DNA of 64,000 bases from positions 1,438,062-1,502,061 of the forward strand of contig NW_018406397.1 in assembly GCF_002113885.1 (NCBI RefSeq). Reading direction: 5' to 3'. Numbering within the stretch: position 1 is the first letter of the stretch; the number at the start of each line of letters is the position of its first letter. Made by a program: the position numbers and the translations under genes. The notes below the pieces were generated by a model. It was not told the origin of the DNA, did not search any database, and was given only the letters and a program-made list of their open reading frames with translations. This stretch comes from Mizuhopecten yessoensis (taxonomy: Eukaryota). Positions 55,838-64,000 of this stretch are shown here, piece after piece.

Positions 55838-56748
55838 TATAGAGGTTACACAACGAGTGGTTGATGAATATGGTATTTATTTCACTCGAGTTAGTTAATT
55901 TTCAAAAGTAACAAAAGACACGAGCTTTAGCGAGTGTCTTTCTGTAACTTTTGAAAATTAATTAACGAGAGTGAAATAAATACCATACTCAACAACCACG
56001 AGTCGTGTGATCTGTTTCTACCACAATCTCATGTGTGTTTGTGGACAAGGCTGGCGTAGTGATATGACCCATATGTAAAAAATAACTCATTATTGTTCAA
56101 AAATTACTTTCTTTTTTACAAATTTAATAATTGTCAAAATTAATGTTCCGGCAACAACTTCATGAAAAAATATAATACATGAACGGCTTTAAATATTGAG
56201 AGTAGCAGTGTTGCATTAATTTATGTAAATAAACCACGGACTATATGCGCGTAAGCATATCGTACGAAGTATGGGCCTACGTTTCTATGTGACAGTTCTA
56301 TGGTTGACGTTATAGTGAAAGTTCGGGACGTTGGGAGAACGAAATATTTTCCGACACTGTGACAGATCTTGTTTTGGTTTCACGACCTGGACACGCGACG
56401 GTGTGACGTCAAAACGATATCGAGCGTCTGTAGCAATTTTGCCTGAATCTAGCGATCAAATCTTTTAGTAGCATCTTCTTTTAATATTGCCTTAATAACC
56501 CCCCTTTCCGCATAACCTCACAGAGTCACCAACATTTGTCGGATGTTGACAGCAGACGACGTAAACAAAACAGCATGTTGCAAAACGAGCGTGGAAAAAG
56601 TCGTCCCCGTCAAAGTTCATCTTCTCGACCAATCAAAACTCTTGAAGGTCATATACAACGTGTAGTATATAACTCATATTTATCTAACAGACTGCGTGTT
56701 TATACATTGATCTGAGAGTGGAATAACACAGCGTTTTGTGGTAGAAAT
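55838..56748. mobile_element. Non-autonomous DNA element with asymmetric inverted repeats and a terminal palindrome of about 170 bp (Crypton-like or Helentron-like)
   Basis: Palindrome at 55843-56013; TTTCTACCACAA (56015-56026) and its reverse complement TTGTGGTAGAAA (56736-56747); no ORF. Superfamily assignment is inference. Confidence 0.65.
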
Positions 56749-57219
56749 CTACTAACTTCACTACCTCGACATTTTGGTACACATATATGTCTACGACCAT
56801 GCTACAGTAATGAGCTGATAACAGCGGTATTTAAACGTTCTATACTCACAATTAAATCCATTTATACTTTTAACAGTAGATATTATGACATTGCATGTCT
56901 TCATATCAAAATTGGTGTAACCAAATGTTAATTATTGGAAAGTTTGTCAACAAGCGATTTTCATTTGTTTGACAACTCTATCGGTTAGTGTAATCAGAGA
57001 CGTATACAACCTATAGTAAATAGTCGGAATGAGATTCATAAGCTATCGAAAAGGCAGGTTTCCTTTGACAAGAAATGAAAAGTGCAAAGGAACGAACGTG
57101 TGTCTACATTTTAAACCGCTGAAAACAACTCACTAAGCCATAATAAATGCACCGAGCCAGTCAAGTCAGCTGTCGGAGTATTATTGAGACAGTTCGCCAT
57201 TACATTGCAGACAGTCTAC

Positions 57220-58112
57220 GCCTCTGTTTAAAGTTCTGTAAATTATTACTAGGGTTAAAAAGTAGCACCCCTAACTATATGGTATATGGAGAACTAGGTA
57301 CTAGTCCACTTGAAATAACAGTAAAAACAAGAATAATATCATATTGGTCACAATTGACTCTTTCTAAAGAAAAGAAAATTAATATTATATTGTATAAACT
57401 TCTTTGCCATCAGCATAATGTTGATGATAAACTGGTTCCATATATAAGCTTTATTAAACGTATTTTAAATGAATGTGGTATGAGTTACTTATGAAATGTC
57501 CAATATACTCCAGAATGTAATATCACAGGGCTAAAGCATGTTATTAAACAAAGACTGTACGACCAGTATTTATAGAAATGGCAGAGGGATGTACACACTT
57601 CATCAAAAGCTACATGTTATAGGATTTTTAAAAATAATTGTCATTTTGAAAATTACTTAGATATTTCAAGTGATACAGATAGAATTACATTTTGTAAATT
57701 TAAGACTACTAATCACAAATGTATTGTTGAAATCGGCAGATTGCATAATATAGAGTATAATGAAAGAAAATGTCCACACTGTAACAGTAAGCAAATTGGT
57801 GACGAATTCCATTACTTGCTTGAGTGTCCGTCACCATCTGGGTTTCGAATTTTATATAAATATTTTTTGGACGAGACCAAATGTAATTAAGTTTTATGAA
57901 TTAATGAATACTACTATTATAAAAGTACTGAAGAAACTTTGTACTTTTATCAGAATAATTTATAACAATATTTGACCTCCTCGATATAAATGTGTATATA
58001 TTATGAAACAGTACTGTGCACTACCGACTACGAACACTACAATTACTATATATTATATTGTAAATATGTTTCCCTATACATTGTATTGTGAAAGAGAATA
58101 AAGTTGAATTGA
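57220..58112 (+). mobile_element. Non-LTR retrotransposon 3' fragment (RTEX-like ORF2 C-terminus)
   Basis: LKFCKLLLGLKSSTPNYMVYGELGTSPL, then FCKFKTTNHKCIVEIGR..ERKCPHC..IGDEFHYLLEC with in-frame stops between; tail AATAAAGTTGAATTGA. Confidence 0.85.
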
Positions 58113-58319
58113 TATAATCCTTCCGTAGTTAAACACTACATGTTCCTCTGTTGAAGTTAAAACATGTTTTATGTTAATGATATACATTTTCACGTATTAA
58201 TATTTATATAAAAACAATTATTTTTGTACCTTTAGTTATTCTCCTAAATTTTCCATTTTGGAACCATATACACTACCTATCTTTTATATGTTTATCAATG
58301 TGTGTTTTTAACAGTGTCA

Positions 58320-58476
58320 TAGATTTGCATGCTTGTTATGTTTTATATAATACTACCTCCGTTTTTATTTTTTATATAGTCGGTTGCAAAAGCCCTTCCA
58401 TAGGCTTGTGTTGCCTTGTTTAACCATGTACCGACTTTTAAATAAAATTTACTTGAACTTGAACTTAAACTTGAAC
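58320..58476 (+). mobile_element. Probable LINE 3' end with (CTTGAA)n tail
   Basis: AATAAAATTTACTTGAACTTGAACTTAAACTTGAAC. Confidence 0.5.
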
Positions 58477-59172
58477 ATATTAACATGCTCCAAGGGTATG
58501 AGCGGTGTTATGAGTACATCATGTGATTAGGCCTTTGACCTGTCGGACCCTTCTGTGTTACGTAATCGTCCGCTGCCCACTGACCGCTGACAGACTCGTT
58601 TCTCTCACTCCACATAAGCTTATACAGAAAGTATTTAGTTTTGTTTACGAGCACATTTCCCAGATGGGGCTTTGTTAGGCGAGACCAGTGGACGGAGGGG
58701 GTCAATGTAAATCTGCTTACGTGCCTCTCTCAGCTGTTATATCAACTGACCACCAGATTATCGCTCACCAGTCGAGGGGCCCTTCAAAGGGGTAACAGTT
58801 TATGTCAAGATAAAATACTATTTCTCTTCCATTTCACGTCATTTCTTACTTGTCATAGCGATAGCGCTGATGCATCGGCGTTGCTATATTAATTCTTGTA
58901 TAGTTATGTAAACTTTTGGCTAAGCATTGGCTAAGCAATAGCATGCTAATTAAGGGTGGATTAAATCCCCACTGGTCACTTGTGGTCAGAGTGAACATGC
59001 TGGTCAGTATGCGTGTGAATAAGCTACCGCAAAAATGTCTGCAATTATATTGCTGCAATAGACGTCAATATATGCATACTAACACAAAATTACTCCATGC
59101 AATTATAGAAATAAATTTAAACAAGGAATGTGCATTTAAATTTAGCAAGCAGAAAAAAATGTATTCACTTAC

Positions 59173-59480
59173 CGGCGTTTATTGTTCGATCCGAGCTGTT
59201 CTGGTGTTTTGGTCTTGTTTTTTTTGGTCATTTGATGAAAGTCTGACCATTCGTTGTTTTTTATATTAATTTTTCACGTGCATGCACTCAACGGGAGGGC
59301 GCTGCAAAGAGGTTGAAGCCTGCGTCCCTACGACCGGAGTAGCACGGAAGAAAAGAGCTAGATCGTGGCCATCTCGGTACAACTAACACAACTATGGAGA
59401 GGCGTTTCTGCCGGGTGTAGGGATCCCGATCACTACAGGCGCTCTCACGCGTTTGTTTACAGGCAGTGTGTTTGTTTACA
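59173..59480 (-). promoter_or_regulatory. Second candidate core promoter and short first exon
   Basis: TATAAAAAA at 59265-59257; initiator-like TTCATC at about 59236; exon of about 64 nt; consensus donor CCG/GTAAGT at 59173/59172; CACGTG at 59275-59280; TTGTTTAC at 59453-59460 and 59472-59479. Confidence 0.5.
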
Positions 59481-60191
59481 TACGGAATAAATAGCTCATT
59501 TGGGGGAACGTTGATATATATATAGATGGATATACAACAAGGTATTTCCGAAAATAGAAATAGTATTTATGTTTTACGAGTCAGAGTGATAATTTGTATC
59601 CCTCCAATATATGTAATGTACTACTCACTTCACCCTTAAACTTTAAGTGAACGGTGTCGAAGTTTGATTTTTGCTGAGTAAACAAAATACACAATATAGT
59701 TTTGAAACGGCATTAGTATCGACACGTTCCACGTGGAGTGGTAAAGTTACATATTATGCGTATGATGATGATGAAGACACTATAGCAGTGAGGTACACTT
59801 GCCCGCTGTTCGACCTGTGATAACGATACAATTAGTGATGCACCTGTAATAAAACTAAATCAAAAGAAATTTTATGGAAATATGAAGGGTTAGAAATACA
59901 AGAGGCTGATATTCGTGTTTACATTAAAGTTTTGGAGGAATGTACGAGTTTCCCCAACTAGCTATTGTTTTGACAAGTACATCGGGGGAATCCGTTTAGG
60001 TTTTTATCCATTAAATACATACATTCGAACCCAATCTTGTATATAGATATATTTAATTCAATAAAGTATAACAACATTTCGATTGGAGTAACTTTATTTC
60101 AATTACAGGTATCTGAAAATTACAATAAGATAATGAATGTACCTTTTTTTTTAGTTGGAGATATTTACATTTAACCTAGATAAAGACTTTT

Positions 60192-60382
60192 TCGGTTAGA
60201 GATATCTACATATTCGTTAGAGATATCTACATCATCGGTTGGTGATATCTACATATTCGTTAGAGANCATCGGTTAGAGATATCTACATCATCGGTTAGA
60301 GATATCTACATCATCGGTTGGTGATATCTACATCATCGGTTGGTGATATCTACATTTCAATCAGCGATATCTACATTTCAAT
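60192..60382. repeat. Minisatellite, about 21 bp unit
   Basis: TCGGTTAGAGATATCTACATCA recurs about 8 times. Confidence 0.9.
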
Positions 60383-61419
60383 TTGATAATGGGATTTTTG
60401 TTTGTTTTCGTTTTCGTTTTTGTTTATTTTTTTTCGTTTCTGATTGTTAATTTTAGGTACTATTTCAGAATGTACATTTAAAGAAAACATTTTTTAACAA
60501 ATGTCTGTAATTAATAACATATATCATGATGGGTAAATAATGTATAATGTATAAAATATATCAAAAGCATGATTTGTTTGAAATTGATTGCTTCTCATAA
60601 TCAATCAAAGAACAAGTCGTGTTCCATTATTTAGTAGTACCTATTAGCTATATATAAATGTATATTATTGGTGGAATGTAGGTCAGTCAATGTCGGTCAC
60701 GTGTCGTATTTACCGTAATAAGAACTACTCGTGTCATGATCTCTAAAGCGAGAAGGGAACCTCGTGTCGTTTTTACCGTACTAAGTCTTTCTCTTGCCAC
60801 AGTCGACCAGTGGAAAGCGAACCCGGCGCCCCATTTACCGTAATAAGTACTTATGATTACGTAACAGGCCAGGGAGGGCTACACAAAGGAATCTAACAGT
60901 GGTATACCTATCAAAGCTATCGTCTTCAAGGAGAGTGAGGGGAGGAACAATTAATGAGCCATGAAAGATGAGGGAGAACTCTGCCCGTTGACTTGCGCGT
61001 AATTGACACGTGTTATATGTGATGATGACAAAACATGTTTTGAGTGAGTCGTGACTTTCATGTCGACAACACATAGATTGGTTGAGAAGGGACACATGCG
61101 TGTAAGTAATATGTAAGTAAATAGAACTGTTCACTAAATCTTGAACTTTATCCAAGATTTTTTTTGGGAATATTTATTCCTTAATTTTCCTGAAACTTTT
61201 GATTTTAATGAAAAAATTGTCTGAGCTCTTAACTGCAGCTGAAAACCAGACATTTTCAAATTTAGGCTCCGACCCTTTCCTTTTATAGTCTGGGCCCTGG
61301 TTTAAGGATCCATGCCCTATGGTATATAACTGTAGCACACATAGGCAAGGAAACTTCCGATTAGGAAGGATTTGAAGTTAACAACAAGTGTTTTGCGTGA
61401 TTTTGGACATCAGGTTGAA

Positions 61420-64000
61420 GACACGAGGTTTGTGTAAAGTCAGGTAATTGGTGTAAAAAGACAGGTGGTTGGTGTAAAACACAGATGGTTGATGTAAAAA
61501 CACAGGTGGCTGGTGAAAAAATACAGATGATTGATGTAAAAAGACAGGTGGTTGGTGTAAAAAAGAGTTGATTGGTGTAAAAATACAGATGATTGGTGTA
61601 AAAAGACTGAGGATTGGTAACAAAATACAGGTGGTTGGTGTAAGATGACAGATAGTTGGTGTAAAAAGACAGATTGTTGGTGAAGAAGGACATATCATTG
61701 GTGTAAAAAGACAGGTGGTTTGTGAAAAAAGCAGGTGGGTGGTGTAATTAGATAGGTGGTTGGCGTAAAGTTGCAGGAAATTAGTGAAGAAAGATAGGTG
61801 ATTGGTGTAAAACGATAGGTGGTTAGTGTAAAAATACGGATGATTGGTGTACAAAGACAGGTGGTTTGTGTAAAAAAGAGTTGATTGGTGTAAAAGTACA
61901 GATGATTGGTGTAAGAAATACAATTAGTTGGTGTAAAAATACATATGATTGGTGTAAAAATACAGATGATTGGTGTAAAAATACAGATTATTGTTGAAAA
62001 ATTACAATTAGTTGGTGTAAAATTGCAAGTGATTGGTGTAAAAAGACAGATGTTTGGTGTAAACAGACAGATTGATGGTATAAAAAGACACGTGGTTGGT
62101 GTAAAAAGAGAGATGGCTGGTGTAAGATGACATATGGCTGGTGTAAGATGACACGTGTGTATAAGAAGACATATGTTTGGTGTAAAAAGACTGATGGTTG
62201 GTATACATATAACTAAACAGGTGATTGGTGTAAAGATACAGATGATTGGTGAAAAAAGACAGATGGTTTGTGTAGAAGCCAGGTGGTTAGTATAAAAATA
62301 CAGATGATTGGTGTAAAAATACGAATGATTGGTGTAAAAATACATATGATTGGTGTAAAAATAGAGATGATTGGTGTAAAAATACAGATTATTGTTGAAA
62401 AATTACAATTAGTTGGTGTAAAATTGCAAGTGATTGGTGTAAAAAGACATGTTTGGTGTCGAAATGCATGTGGTTGGTGAAATAAGACAGCTGGTTAATG
62501 TAAAAAGACTGATGGTTAGTGTAAGATAATAGATGGTTGATGTAAAAATACGACGGATTGTGTAAAAATACAGGTGATTGGTGTAAAAATACAGATGATT
62601 GGTGTTAAAATTCAGATTATTAATGAAAAATTACAAGTTGTTAGTGTAAAAGACTGATGGTTAGTTTAAGATGACAAATATTTGGTTTAAGATGAAAGTT
62701 GGTTGGTGTAAAATGAAAGATGGTTGGTGTAAAATACAGATGGTTGGTGTTAAAAGACTGATTGTTAGTGTAAGATGGCAGATGGGTTGGTGTAAGATGA
62801 CATATGGTTGGTGTAAGATGACAGCTGGTTGGTGTAAAATACAGATGGTTGGTGTAAAAAGACAGATGGTTGGTGTAAAAAGGCAGATGGATGGTGTAAA
62901 AAGACTGATGGTTGGTGTAAGATGACACGTGTGTATAAGAAGACATATGTTTGGTGTAAGATAAAAGATGGTTTGTGTAAAATACAGACGGTTGGTGTTA
63001 AAAGACTGATTGTAAGTGGAGGATGGCAGATGGGTTGGTGTAAGATGACATATGGTTGGTGTAAGATGACAGCTGGTTGGTGTAGAATACAGATGGTTGG
63101 TGTAAAAAGACAGGTGGTTGGTGTAAAAAGGCAGATGGATGGTGTAAAAAGACACGTGGTTGGTGTAAAAAGACAGATGGTTGGTGTAAAAAGGCAGATG
63201 GATGGTGTAAAAAGACACGTGGTTGGTGTAAAAAGACAGATGGTTGGTGTAAAAAGACTGATGGTTGGTGTAAAAATACAGATAATTGGTGTAAAAAGGC
63301 TGATGGTTGGTGTAAAAAGACAGGTGATTGGTGTAAAAATACAGATGGTTGGTGTAAAAAATACAGATGGTTGGTGTAAAAATACAGATGGTTTGTGTAA
63401 AAAGACAGGTGGTTGGTGTACAAAGACCGGTGGTTGGTGTAAAAAACCGGATGATTGGTCTAAAAATACAGATGATTGGTTTTAAACGACATGTGGTTGG
63501 TGAAATAAGACAGGTGGTAAGTGTAAAAAGACTGATGGTTGGTGTAAAAATACAGATGGTTGGTGTAAAACAACAGGTGGTTGGTAAAATAAGACAGGTG
63601 GTAAGTGTAAAAAGATTGATGGTTGGTGTGATATGACATATAATTAATATAAGATTACAGATGGTTGATGTAAAAATATAGTTGATTGGTGTATAAAGAC
63701 AGGTTGTTGGTGTAAAACAACAGGTGGTTGGTAAAATAAGACAGGTGGTAAGTGTAAAAAGACTGATGGTTGGTGTGATATGACATATAATTAATATAAG
63801 ATGACAGATGGTTGATGTAAAAACATAGATGATTGGTGTATAAAGACAGGTGGTTGGTGTAAAAAGACTGATGGTTGGTTTGATATGACATATAATTAAT
63901 GTAAGACGACAGATGGTTGGTGTAAAAATACAGATGGTTGGTGTACAAAGACAGGTGGTCGGTGTAAAAAAAATGGATGTTTGGTGTTAAAAAAACACGG
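61420..64000. repeat. Large minisatellite, about 21 bp unit, over 2.5 kb, runs past window end
   Basis: GGTTGGTGTAAAAAGACAGAT consensus; generates the FYTNHL, MVGVKRQ and FLHQP ORFs. Confidence 0.97.

Noticed and set aside
61361-63948. Many overlapping ORFs up to 216 aa
   Set aside because: All derive from the 21 bp minisatellite

Overview
AT-rich, repeat-dense animal genomic DNA, inferred to be from a bivalve mollusc from the 8-cysteine MIP-type insulin and the SINE, LINE and Penelope remnants. There is one well-supported protein-coding gene: a minus-strand molluscan insulin-related peptide precursor. It has two coding exons (8881-8680 and 8041-7776) joined by a phase-1 GT-AG intron, giving 155 aa. 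A probable non-coding first exon with a TATA box lies about 20 kb upstream (29043-28948). A second, similarly built TATA/short-exon/donor module with tandem FoxO-type sites lies at 59480-59173 and has no assignable coding gene. The rest is tandem repeats, SINEs, decayed retrotransposons, non-autonomous DNA elements and two assembly gaps; nearly all other ORFs in the track are by-products of repeats. The most unusual signals are the processing and sequence features of the insulin, the twin promoter modules with possible insulin-like relics behind the second, a Helitron-like end abutting the first TATA box, and a long palindrome with regular tandem G.A mismatches. I see no evidence for a new multi-gene system. 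Repeat family names come from recalled motifs, not from searches.
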